The notes beneath the pieces are model-generated. The model made no database searches. It was not told the origin of the DNA and saw only the letters and a list, made by a program, of their open reading frames with translations. Source: an uncultured Acidobacteriota bacterium (GTDB lineage: Bacteria > Acidobacteriota > JAQAZP01). From it: a stretch of DNA of 64,000 bases. Positions within the stretch are counted from its first letter, which is position 1; every line of letters begins with the position of its first letter. Location: positions 3,072,001-3,136,000 of the forward strand of contig CAWIIB010000009.1 of the NCBI GenBank assembly GCA_963836075.1, in the 5' to 3' direction. Both the position numbers and the translations under genes were made by a program. Below are positions 1 through 8,742 of this stretch, piece after piece.

Positions 1-799
1 CTGGTACGGTTCTGATGTCGGTGAGATCACGGACAAAAGTCTGGTGACCTCAACGGTGAACGTCACCGGATCCGCGCTGTTCAGCTTCTGGCAGACCTAC
101 AATTTCGAAGGCGGCTGGGACGGCGGCGTGATCGAAATCTCCACCGATGGCGGGACAAACTGGGCCGACATCGGCGGCCTGGTCACTTCGGGCAACGGCT
201 ACAACTCCACGCTGAACACCGGCTACAACAACCCGCTGGAAGGCCGTGACGCCTGGTCCGGCGGCACCATCGGCACCATGGAAGAAGTCGTTGTGGATCT
301 CACCACCTATCTGGGCGAGACGGCGAACATCCGCTTCCGCATCGGTTGTGACAGCATCCAGGGCGATGTGGGCTGGTATATCGACGACGTGACCCTCGAT
401 GACTGCCAGGTCTACCAGGGCTCCACCATGGACTGCGACTACACCATCACGCCGCTGAGCGGCACCGTGCCGTTCCTGACGGTGCACCGCATCACCCTGT
501 TCAACAACCTGGCCGGCAGCGCGGTCTACACGCGGCGGATCTCCGGGCGGATCGCGGTGACCATCGCCAACGGCACCACCTACAACCCCTGGCGTGCCGG
601 TTACACCAATATCGCGCCGTCCAGCACTTACTACAACCAGTTCCCGGTGAACTTCCCCGGGCTGCCAACGGTGCTGGGGGACAACACCTTCGTCCTCAAT
701 GCCATGGACGTCACACCGGTGCCCTACAACCAGCCGCCCTATCCGCCGTCCGGCGATACGTGCACCACCACCAACGTGGTCAATGCGCACGCGCCTTAG
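1..799 (+). CDS. 5'-truncated secreted protein: immune-inhibitor-A/MAM-like jelly-roll domain plus recurrent C-terminal 'DVTPxPYNQPPY' domain
   Basis: Frame is open from position 2. Contains FEGGWDGGVIEISTDGG...W and GWYIDDV motifs. C-terminus resembles the ORFs ending at 56103 and 60915. Confidence 0.7.
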   Translation, partial: WYGSDVGEITDKSLVTSTVNVTGSALFSFWQTYNFEGGWDGGVIEISTDGGTNWADIGGLVTSGNGYNSTLNTGYNNPLEGRDAWSGGTIGTMEEVVVDLTTYLGETANIRFRIGCDSIQGDVGWYIDDVTLDDCQVYQGSTMDCDYTITPLSGTVPFLTVHRITLFNNLAGSAVYTRRISGRIAVTIANGTTYNPWRAGYTNIAPSSTYYNQFPVNFPGLPTVLGDNTFVLNAMDVTPVPYNQPPYPPSGDTCTTTNVVNAHAP

Positions 800-826
800 A
801 AGCCGGCGGTAACTTCGGTACACACC

Positions 827-858
827 AGGCCCCCGGGAGCGATCCCGGGGGCCTTTTT
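827..858 (+). terminator. Rho-independent terminator
   Basis: Perfect 12-bp stem aggcccccggga / tcccgggggcct with gcga loop, followed by a T run, just after the stop at 799. Confidence 0.85.
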
Positions 859-993
859 ACATGCGTTCAATCCCAGTGGCAGAGCATGGAATGAGTATTT
901 TCGGTCAGGTCTGGACATCTATCCTGCATTCCGGTGACGTTGGAGCCCTTCGCGACCGGAGCCGGATGCAGGATAGATATCCAGACGCTGCAG

Positions 994-1455
994 CTACTCC
1001 TCCGGGTTCACCTGGACCAGCTGGATGTCGGTGTCGGCCAGCAGGCGCTGCATGATCTCGATCTTGTAGGGCTTGATGTAGTGGATGCGGTTGATTCCAA
1101 CATTGATCAACACCTTGCCGCAGTGGTAGCAGGGGGAGTGGGTGATGTAGATGTCGGCCCCGCGGATGGCGGTGCCGTTGGAAGCCGCCTGGGCTATGGC
1201 GTTGATCTCGGAGTGGATGGTGCGGAAGCAGTTCTCCTCCTCGGCGCCGTCCGGGTCCGTGGAGTGGTAGATCAGGCAGCCCACGTCGTCACAGTGGGGC
1301 TGGCCGGAGGGTGAGCCGTTGTATCCGGTGGCCAGTATCGAGCGGTTCCTGACCAGTACCGATCCCACCGCGGCCCGGGGACAGGTGGACCGTTCGGCCA
1401 CCTGAAGGGCGATTCTCATGAAGTAGCGATCCCAGTCCAGTCTCCCTCGGCTCAC
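994..1455 (-). CDS. dCMP deaminase / ComEB-family deoxycytidylate deaminase
   Basis: WDRYFM...RSTCPRAAVGSVLV...TGYNG, plus zinc motifs HSEINAI and SPCYHC. Confidence 0.9.
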   Translation of the reverse strand: MSRGRLDWDRYFMRIALQVAERSTCPRAAVGSVLVRNRSILATGYNGSPSGQPHCDDVGCLIYHSTDPDGAEEENCFRTIHSEINAIAQAASNGTAIRGADIYITHSPCYHCGKVLINVGINRIHYIKPYKIEIMQRLLADTDIQLVQVNPEE

Positions 1456-1492
1456 GTCGTCATCCCTCCATGTCTGGATAGCCGGTTCGATT

Positions 1493-3124
1493 TCAGTGCA
1501 GGGTCCCGGCGGTGTCGCTCCACTGGTTGCCGATGCGGTCCACCACCTCCTGCAGTGCGTCCGGCAGATTTTCAGCTCGCGCCTTCATTGTATCAGCGCT
1601 GTTTTCTTCTATCCAATCCGCGGCCGCGGTCATCAGCTGGAACTGGGAACGGGTGGAGGCCCGGCGCACCAGGTCCTCGTCGCCCGGTTTACGCCCCCGC
1701 ACCAGTGTGGCCAGCGCGCCGGCCATCCGGCCGGTGAGCGGGACCAGGACCTCCATCCGCGGGTCCTCGAAGCGGAAATCCCAGCCGAACCCGGCGGTGG
1801 ACCGGCGCACCAGGCCGTCGGCCATGGCCTTGCGGAAGATGGGGGTGAACTCATTGTAGAGGGTCAGCCGGGAGCCCACCGAGATGGCGGTGCGCAGGAA
1901 CGGGGCCTCCTGCTCGATAATCTCCAGGTTCTCCCGCAGCTCTTCCAGGCGGCACCAGGGGTGCAGCAGGATCAGCCCGTGGCCGCGGTAGCCTTCCACC
2001 GCCTGCGGGCCGAATCTCTGATGCAGGCCGCGCAGGATGCGGCAGGCCTCGATGTTCTCCTCCACCGTGGCCCCCTTGTTGAAGATGTCCAGGTGGCGCT
2101 GGACAAAGCTCTCGAACCCCAGCTGCATGATCTGCATCCTGCCCCCGGTGGCCGAGAGGCGGGTGATGCACCGCTCCAGAAGTTCCCGGTGACGAACCAG
2201 CAGCGCCGGTGTGGAGCGGATATAGAGCCGGGCCGGAGCGACCCCCTGGTCAATTGCCTTGTTCACCAGCGGCTCGAGAAAGCGGAAGGGGTTTTCGCTC
2301 TGGATGTAGACGTCACTGGTCTTCCACTGTTCTCTCAGGTGAAGCGCCTGTTCCAGCACCAGGTCCACCGTTTCGTCCACCGGCAGGAGGCGGGTCTCCT
2401 GGTTGCGGAAGACGCAGAAACTGCAGCCCCGGGACCCCGTCTCGATCTGTCGGGTCAACGCCTGCCGGGCCCGGGGAAGCAAGCTGGGATCGTTCAGCAC
2501 CGGGTGCGGGGGCAGGTTCCGGAACAGTTCGTTCTGTGCCGCGGGGCGGGCATAGTGGCACCCGAACTCGGGTACCACCGCGGGGAGCTTCAGCGAGACA
2601 CCACGGCTCCTGCCGGGGCCGACATAGGTCCAACGGAACTCCGGGCGATAGGGCAGGATCTCGGCACGCACATCCCACACACCGTCAATTCCGCTGTGGT
2701 CCACCTTGCCCCCGGGCACTCTGTGGAACAGACCGGGGACCTGGTCCAGCGTCCCCTTGCCGCACAGGGCACTGACCAGGGCCAGGATCGCCCGTCTCCC
2801 CGGCCCCACCACGGCGTATTCCGCCGGGCTGTGCAGAAAGAGGGTCAGGGCATTCACACCGCCCAGCAGCATCGGCGTCTTCCCCAGCTCACCCTTGATC
2901 CGCCGCACCGCCTGCAGCGGGAAGATCGACTCCAGGGCCACCAGGTCGAGTTGTTTTTCCCGGGCAATGGACGGGATACGCTCCGCCTCGGCGATATTGA
3001 CGAGGTAGGGGTGGCACTCCACCCCGGCATCGCGCAAGTCGTTGACAAATAGGCACATGCCGAGGTGAGGCGGTGTGTCCGGGTAGAGAAGTTCGCAGGC
3101 GAAAAGCCCGATTTTGAGCGGCAT
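1493..3124 (-). CDS. Radical SAM protein with B12-binding-like N-terminal domain and split Cys motif (C-x44-C-x2-C)
   Basis: N-terminus has LLGG...YAVVGPG...VPGL as in cobalamin-dependent radical SAMs. EFGCHY...RGCSFC motif and LGFESF...LDIFNKG barrel segment. Start taken at ATG 3124. Confidence 0.7.
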   Translation of the reverse strand: MPLKIGLFACELLYPDTPPHLGMCLFVNDLRDAGVECHPYLVNIAEAERIPSIAREKQLDLVALESIFPLQAVRRIKGELGKTPMLLGGVNALTLFLHSPAEYAVVGPGRRAILALVSALCGKGTLDQVPGLFHRVPGGKVDHSGIDGVWDVRAEILPYRPEFRWTYVGPGRSRGVSLKLPAVVPEFGCHYARPAAQNELFRNLPPHPVLNDPSLLPRARQALTRQIETGSRGCSFCVFRNQETRLLPVDETVDLVLEQALHLREQWKTSDVYIQSENPFRFLEPLVNKAIDQGVAPARLYIRSTPALLVRHRELLERCITRLSATGGRMQIMQLGFESFVQRHLDIFNKGATVEENIEACRILRGLHQRFGPQAVEGYRGHGLILLHPWCRLEELRENLEIIEQEAPFLRTAISVGSRLTLYNEFTPIFRKAMADGLVRRSTAGFGWDFRFEDPRMEVLVPLTGRMAGALATLVRGRKPGDEDLVRRASTRSQFQLMTAAADWIEENSADTMKARAENLPDALQEVVDRIGNQWSDTAGTLH

Positions 3125-3340
3125 CTGGATCTCCGCTGAGCAGCACTGAAATCGGACCGGGGGACCGGCCGCGGGCGGTGCAGAGTATAGCACATCGTAA
3201 CCGGGGGAGAGCGGAGGTCATGCTGGGGAGCAATGATCGCCAAATTCCGGATCAATTTGTTGGGCATCGAAAAGATAAGTTTTTGTCTTAAAACATGTTC
3301 GACAGCCTCTCGCGCAATCGCAGAAATAAAGTAATTGTTG

Positions 3341-3388
3341 ATTCTCCAGGAGAATTGCCTTGCTCGACAGGATACCGGGGGCTATAAT
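3341..3388 (+). promoter_or_regulatory. Putative sigma70 promoter of the qhp-like operon with an upstream palindromic site
   Basis: TTGCTC (3360-3365), 17-bp spacer, TATAAT (3383-3388). Perfect palindrome ATTCTCC-A-GGAGAAT at 3341-3355, in an AT-rich intergenic region. Confidence 0.5.
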
Positions 3389-3612
3389 ACCGAGGCATAT
3401 GTGTGTTCAGTTTCATGATGATCTGTGGTTTGAGCTGCAGGTATTTCTTTTCGAGTTGCAGCCATGAGAGCGCTTGTCCCCGGAGAGTTCCAGCAATACC
3501 GGGTGGTGACGCTGATGTGTCGGTTTATCCGGCGCAACCGCGGCACTTTGGTGTCTGGTTCCCGGTCCTGGGCAAGCACATTGCCGCATGGCGTCAGGAG
3601 GAGGTGCCAGGG

Positions 3613-4527
3613 ATGAAGGAACGGATCTGTTTGCTGAGCCGGATGGCCCCGATACTGGGAGTCATTCTGGCGGCGGCCGTACTTGCTTTCGGGCCATTGG
3701 CCGTGGAGTGTCCCGCGGAGGGCTTCGGGGCCTCGACCGCGCCCACCGTGGCGTTGAGCACCCAGGCGCCGGTGGCGCCGCTGCCCAACGCGCCCGACTG
3801 GGTATATTACGTCGACGGCTTCGCCCCGGGACAGGATGTCTGGGTTGCCGTGCCGTCGGTGGCCAACGGGCACGATCTCTCCGGGTCGACGGCCCGGGTC
3901 TACATCATGCCCCACCGCGCACCGGAGTCATGGACCAACGGGTCCCGGCTGCTCGACATCAGCGGCGGGTATGAGATGATCACCATCCAGCCGGGGAAGC
4001 CGTTCGACAACTACCTGATGATCTGGTCCGGCCCTTCGCGCGTGGGGACCTACGACATCATCCTCGACCTCGAGCCCTACGGCACCTTTCAGCGTGACAC
4101 CGACCTGGTGGACCACGGCGGCAAGACCGGCATCCCCGGTTTCGCCATTCTCGGCGCGGGCAGTGTCGACTACCTGATGATCACTCCTGACACGGGGTTC
4201 ATGGGCAAAGTCTGCACGCGGATCTTCGGCGTGGGCCCCTATCCCGGCGCCCTGCCCGAAGGCGTCGAGTTTTTCGTGGCCACCGGCTGGAACAACGGTG
4301 CCAACGGCACACCCGAGAGCGGCGGCGGCGACGACGTGAACCTGGGGCCGGTGAGTGCCGAATGGTCGACCACCTTGGCCCAGGAGGTGGGCCGGATCAA
4401 CGAACTCAACGGCGTCTACTCCACCGGCGAGATTACCGGCGACGGCGACGTGATGGCCACCTATCCCGGTGCCACCGGAGACAGCGTGCCCATTAACACC
4501 ACCGCTCCCACGTGGGTCAGGGACTGA
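3613..4527 (+). CDS. Secreted QhpA-like protein (resembles QHNDH alpha-subunit C-terminal domain) with no heme-binding motif
   Basis: Signal-peptide-like N-terminus. C-terminal VDYLMITP...FVATGWNNGANG...DDVNLGPVSAEW...GVYSTG...PTW resembles QhpA domain IV. First gene before qhpD-qhpC. No CxxCH. Confidence 0.6.
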   Translation: MKERICLLSRMAPILGVILAAAVLAFGPLAVECPAEGFGASTAPTVALSTQAPVAPLPNAPDWVYYVDGFAPGQDVWVAVPSVANGHDLSGSTARVYIMPHRAPESWTNGSRLLDISGGYEMITIQPGKPFDNYLMIWSGPSRVGTYDIILDLEPYGTFQRDTDLVDHGGKTGIPGFAILGAGSVDYLMITPDTGFMGKVCTRIFGVGPYPGALPEGVEFFVATGWNNGANGTPESGGGDDVNLGPVSAEWSTTLAQEVGRINELNGVYSTGEITGDGDVMATYPGATGDSVPINTTAPTWVRD

Positions 4528-4567
4528 GCGGAGCGATCCGCCGCGGCGCAGGAGAGAAGGGACCGCA

Positions 4568-6025
4568 ATGACCGAACCGGGTGGCAGCGAAAAGGAACTG
4601 GCTTTGCGGGAGGTTCACGTCTTCCGCGAGCGGGAGCGCGATTTTCTGCTCTCGGTGCCCAACTGCGCCTTCTGGAACGTGGGTGACACGGCCGCGGCCA
4701 TGGTCCGCCAGATTTCCCGGGAAAAGAAGAAGTCGAACAGCTGGACGCGCACGGCGCTTCAGGACCGGTTCGGCGACGAGTACGGCCGGGAAGAGGTTGG
4801 CGAGATCGTGGACGAGCTGGCCGGTGTCGGTCTGCTCTACGAGAAGGCCGACGGCTCCACAGCTCCCGAGGCGGCTCCGGACCGCTTTCCCCGCTCGCCG
4901 CTGCAGATCGGTTCGCTGGTCTGCCACGTGGCCCACGACTGCAACCTCAACTGCTCCTACTGCTACGGTGGCGGCGGTTCCTACGGCGGCAAAACCGAGT
5001 TGATGACCGAGGAGATGGGGCTGCGCTACGTCGAGATGCTCTTTGCCAACTCCGGCCAGCTGGACAGCGTCCACATGACCTTTTTCGGCGGCGAGCCGCT
5101 GATGAACATGCCCGTGGTTCGAGCGGCAGTGGCCCGCGGCGAGGAGCTGGCCAAGGAGACCGGCAAGAAGATCACCTTCAGCCTGACCACCAACGGCACC
5201 CTGGTTACCCCGGAAATTGCCGGCTACCTGGACGAGCACCGTATCGGCGTCTCGCTCAGTCTCGACGGTCCGCCGGAGATCAACGACGCGGTGCGCGTGT
5301 TCAAGGACAGCGACGAGAGCACCTACGAAGCGGTTCGCAAGGTGATGTCCATGTTCCAGAAGGGCCGGCCGCTGGGCACCCGGGTCACCCTGACCCGCAA
5401 GTCGCTCGATGTGACCGGCATCGTGGACCACCTGCTGAAGATGGGCTTTTTCGAGGTCGGTGTCACCCCGGTGAACTGCGGTGACCCGGAGCTGGACTTC
5501 GACAAGGACGATCTCGAACGGTTCCACGAGGAGTGCTGTGCCATCGGTGATCTCTATCTCGAGCGGGCGAAGGCCGGAGGCTACTACGGTTTCTCCAACC
5601 TCTCCAACGTGCTGCGGCAGCTGCACACCGGCGAGGACAAGGCCTATCCCTGCGGAGCCGGTATCCAGCTTTACGCCGGCGACCCCTCGGGAGAACTCTT
5701 CATGTGCCACCGGCTGGTGGGTAACGAGAAGTACCGCGTGGGCGACGTGGATCAGGGTATCGATCACGACCGGCAGGCCGAGTTCCTGCGCCAGGTCAAC
5801 CTGGAAAACAAGGAGGGCTGCAGCGGTTGCTGGGCCCGTTACATCTGCAGCGGCGGCTGCTACTACATCTCGGAACTGCACTACGGGGACCCGTCCCGCA
5901 CTCACCACCTCTACTGCAGGTTTCTGCGCAAGTGGTACCAGGACGGCATCGGTCTCTACGCCGAGATCATGGAGAGCTGCCCGGAGTTTATCGCCAAGGT
6001 TCTCGAACCCCGCATCGTCTGCTGA
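4568..6025 (+). CDS. qhpD: Radical SAM/SPASM thioether-crosslinking maturase (QhpD/PeaB family)
   Basis: CNLNCSYC, FFGGEPL, SPASM cysteines YPCGAG...CHR...CSGCWARYICSGGCY...YC, N-terminal RRE-like region. Directly upstream of qhpC. Confidence 0.88.
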   Translation: MTEPGGSEKELALREVHVFRERERDFLLSVPNCAFWNVGDTAAAMVRQISREKKKSNSWTRTALQDRFGDEYGREEVGEIVDELAGVGLLYEKADGSTAPEAAPDRFPRSPLQIGSLVCHVAHDCNLNCSYCYGGGGSYGGKTELMTEEMGLRYVEMLFANSGQLDSVHMTFFGGEPLMNMPVVRAAVARGEELAKETGKKITFSLTTNGTLVTPEIAGYLDEHRIGVSLSLDGPPEINDAVRVFKDSDESTYEAVRKVMSMFQKGRPLGTRVTLTRKSLDVTGIVDHLLKMGFFEVGVTPVNCGDPELDFDKDDLERFHEECCAIGDLYLERAKAGGYYGFSNLSNVLRQLHTGEDKAYPCGAGIQLYAGDPSGELFMCHRLVGNEKYRVGDVDQGIDHDRQAEFLRQVNLENKEGCSGCWARYICSGGCYYISELHYGDPSRTHHLYCRFLRKWYQDGIGLYAEIMESCPEFIAKVLEPRIVC

Positions 6026-6115
6026 AAAAAATGCGCGGCGCCGGGTCTCGACAGATCAGATGTTCAGCTGCTCACGGTGGGAGAGCCGGGAGCGGCACTG
6101 GACGGGAGGACCAAG

Positions 6116-6409
6116 ATGAAGCACCTCAGACCAATGAATCGCAGAGCCAGGCAGGCTTCAGGCCTGGACGGACCGGATGTCTACGGGTATGCCTGCACCG
6201 ACTGCTGCACCGCCTGGGCACCGGGGTGGGAGACCGGCCAGTCGGGCAGCGTGGACCCCTGTCCCTGGGCCAGTGACCTCTACCTCTGCTGGGTGACCTG
6301 TTACTGGACAGGCCAGGTGGCGGACGACTACTGGGAGCCCAACTGGCTCGACGCCTGCGGACAGCTTGCCGAAGACTGGTACCGCATCTGCGTCGTGCCC
6401 GACAACTAG
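6116..6409 (+). CDS. qhpC: Quinohemoprotein amine dehydrogenase gamma-subunit-like precursor (CTQ-bearing peptide)
   Basis: Leader MKHLRPMNRRA. Core C-x8-E (CCTAWAPGWE), DLYLC-x3-CYW-x2-QVAD...PNW...DW matches the QhpC pattern PGWE...DLYGC...CWW..QVAD...PNW...DW. RBS GGGAGG. Confidence 0.88.
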   Translation: MKHLRPMNRRARQASGLDGPDVYGYACTDCCTAWAPGWETGQSGSVDPCPWASDLYLCWVTCYWTGQVADDYWEPNWLDACGQLAEDWYRICVVPDN

Positions 6410-6482
6410 GGATCAGCTGCTGTTTGGGTGGTTGCGCCGGCACGGCCGGTGCGGAGTGCGACCCCACTTTCGGGAGGACATC

Positions 6483-7535
6483 ATGCTTACGAAAATATGG
6501 AATAGATCCCTGGCCGGTGCGGGTATCCTGGCTTTGCTTTTCGCCTGTGTTCTGCTGGCCGGGCCCGCGGCCCACGCCGGCAGCAATTATGTGCTCACTG
6601 CTTCCAACGACCTGCTGGTGGTGGACGCCGACCAGCAGCGGCTGGCGGGTGAAGTGCCCCTGGGCCGTTTTGTCAAGGACATCGCGGTGGCCCCCGGCGG
6701 CCGTTTTGCCTACGTGGCCCACAGCGGCGGCGTGGACGTTGTGGACCTGGGCAGCCTGCAGGTTGTGGCCCACCCGGTGACCATGCCCGCCCGTTTTCTC
6801 CGCCTCTCCGCTGACGGCACGCGGCTCTATGCGCTGACCTATGGCAGCAAGAAGATGCGCGCTTCCGGCGAGGTCCCCGAGGGCTACTTCCTCCAGGTGG
6901 TGGACCTGACCGGCAAGCAGCCGCAGGTGATCCAGCGCATGGACCTGGGCGCTGGCGCCTTCGATTTCATTGTTTCACCGGGCAGCGGCACCATCCACGT
7001 GCTCAACCTTTCAGCCCGGACCCTGGCCCAGCGGGCGCTGACCGACGGGACGCTGATGAAATCGGTCACCATGCCGGGAAGCACTCCGGACACCGCCCGC
7101 GCCGGTGAACAGGGCGTGCTCTTCCGGCTCACCACCTCGGCGGACGGCAGCAAGATCTACATTCCCGAGATGCGCGAAGAATGCGGTCTGTGGGAGGTCG
7201 ACGCGGCCAGCGGCGCCACCCGCTGGGTGTCCCTGGGCTTTGAGGCCTATCCCCGGGCGATGGTTGTATCGCCTGACGGCGCGTATCTTCACGTCTCTTC
7301 GGTGAAGGGGATCTTCTCCGTGGATATGAAGACCCTCACCGTGAGCCGCTATGCCGAGTGCAAGGAGGTCCACCAGGGCATCGGCGTCAGCAGCGACGGG
7401 ACCCAGCTCTACTGCACCGTCCCGGATCTGGAGGGCAGTGGCGCACTGGACATCTTCGACTCGACCACCCTGGAGCGGGTGGCCCGCGTTATGATTCCCG
7501 GGCACTCGCCCTTCGTGGTGGCGTCGGCCAGGTAA
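6483..7535 (+). CDS. Secreted beta-propeller, QhpB-like beta subunit 1
   Basis: Signal peptide ending AHA. YVTN-like blades (APGGRFAYV, SADGTRLY, SPDGAYL, SSDGTQLY). Follows qhpC. Confidence 0.72.
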   Translation: MLTKIWNRSLAGAGILALLFACVLLAGPAAHAGSNYVLTASNDLLVVDADQQRLAGEVPLGRFVKDIAVAPGGRFAYVAHSGGVDVVDLGSLQVVAHPVTMPARFLRLSADGTRLYALTYGSKKMRASGEVPEGYFLQVVDLTGKQPQVIQRMDLGAGAFDFIVSPGSGTIHVLNLSARTLAQRALTDGTLMKSVTMPGSTPDTARAGEQGVLFRLTTSADGSKIYIPEMREECGLWEVDAASGATRWVSLGFEAYPRAMVVSPDGAYLHVSSVKGIFSVDMKTLTVSRYAECKEVHQGIGVSSDGTQLYCTVPDLEGSGALDIFDSTTLERVARVMIPGHSPFVVASAR

Positions 7536-7613
7536 GAGCCGGCTGCATTCTCCCGGCCCGCCCGTTCCCCGGCCCGGCCGCGGAGCGGGCGGTGATGCTG
7601 CGTGGAGATGACG

Positions 7614-8738
7614 ATGAACGTCATAACCGGCATGCCCGGCCGCTGTACAGCAGTCCTCTGCCTGCTGTTCATGCTCCTTGCCCCGACGGGTACCATCCGG
7701 GCCGGTGATCAGACTTCCACGGCCGCCCCCGCGGCCCGGACCGGGGAAGGTCCGCCCACGCGGGTCATCGTCGGCGGCTGGTACGATCTGTTCGTTGTTG
7801 ACGTCGATGCGGGCCGCGTGGATGCGGTGGTCAACATCGACGAGACGGCCAACGACGTCGCCGTCACCGCCGACGGCCGGCTGGCGCTGGCGGCCACCGA
7901 TGCCGGACTGGTCCGGGCCGACCTGGCCACCGGCAAACGGTCGGGGCTGGACGACTGGGGCATGCTCTGCTCGGTGGAGTTGTCGGACGATGACAGCATC
8001 CTGGCGGCGCTGACCTGTCCCGGCCACACGCCATTCCGCAAGTCGAAGCACACCATCCGCCTCGAGGACCTGCCCGGGAAACGGACTCTCGGCACCCTGG
8101 AGTTCAGCACCAACGCCCACGACATCTTCCTCTCTCCCGACGGCAGCCTGCTGTTCGCCTCGAACAAGATCGGGCGCAACATCGGCTGGGCGTCTACGGA
8201 AGATCCAGCCCGGGCCGCACTCCAGGTGCTGCGGCTGGGCGACGAGGGCGACGACCTCCGCCGGATGACCCGGGTGGCCACCCTGGTGCCGCTGGAGGGC
8301 CCCGGCGGCCGCCGGCAGCTGGTTGGTGTGGAGACCCCGGGGGACGACACGCCGATGATCCTCTGGCTGGCAACCTTCCCCCGGCACGGGGCTGCGGGAG
8401 AACCGCGGGTGGAACGGCTGAGCACTTCCCGCAGCGGCAGCGCCCAGGGGGCGGCGGTGAGCCCCGGCGGGTCGACACTGTTCGTCAACTGCCGCCGCCA
8501 CCTGATGGTCTACGATCTTGCCGGCCGCAAGGAAACGGCATGGGTGGAATTGCCCGAGGAGCACCGTTGGCTCACCCTGGATCATGAAGGCCGGCGGGTT
8601 TTCCTTACCTGCACTCCGGAAGAGGGAGAAGGGTACCTGACCGAGGTGTCGTTGCACGGGTCAGAGTGGAAGGTCTCCCGGCGGATCGCCATGCCCGACT
8701 CGGTGAACGTGATCACCACCATGCCGGCGGTTCGGTGA
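7614..8738 (+). CDS. Second secreted beta-propeller (QhpB-like paralog)
   Basis: Signal peptide. Blades TADGRLAL, SPDGSLLFA, SPGGSTLFV. N-terminal DLFVVD parallels DLLVVD of the previous gene. Confidence 0.62.
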   Translation: MNVITGMPGRCTAVLCLLFMLLAPTGTIRAGDQTSTAAPAARTGEGPPTRVIVGGWYDLFVVDVDAGRVDAVVNIDETANDVAVTADGRLALAATDAGLVRADLATGKRSGLDDWGMLCSVELSDDDSILAALTCPGHTPFRKSKHTIRLEDLPGKRTLGTLEFSTNAHDIFLSPDGSLLFASNKIGRNIGWASTEDPARAALQVLRLGDEGDDLRRMTRVATLVPLEGPGGRRQLVGVETPGDDTPMILWLATFPRHGAAGEPRVERLSTSRSGSAQGAAVSPGGSTLFVNCRRHLMVYDLAGRKETAWVELPEEHRWLTLDHEGRRVFLTCTPEEGEGYLTEVSLHGSEWKVSRRIAMPDSVNVITTMPAVR

Positions 8739-8742
8739 CCCG

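Noticed and set aside
994-1455. Deaminase as an anti-phage dCTP deaminase or part of the qhp system
   Set aside because: Short stand-alone ComEB-type protein with no kinase domain and no defence context; nothing beyond proximity links it to qhp.
1496-3052. Long antisense or alternate-frame ORFs (also 4517..5908, 8713..10824, 15710..18430, 34103..36757, 48421..50133, 62715..63674)
   Set aside because: Shadow ORFs expected from high-GC codon bias; each overlaps a gene with clear family motifs and has none of its own.
4568-6409. Radical SAM plus Cys-rich peptide read as SCIFF/ranthipeptide, sactipeptide or anaerobic sulfatase maturase
   Set aside because: The peptide has the QhpC leader and PGWE/DLY-C/C-x-W/QVAD pattern, and the neighbours match qhp genes.
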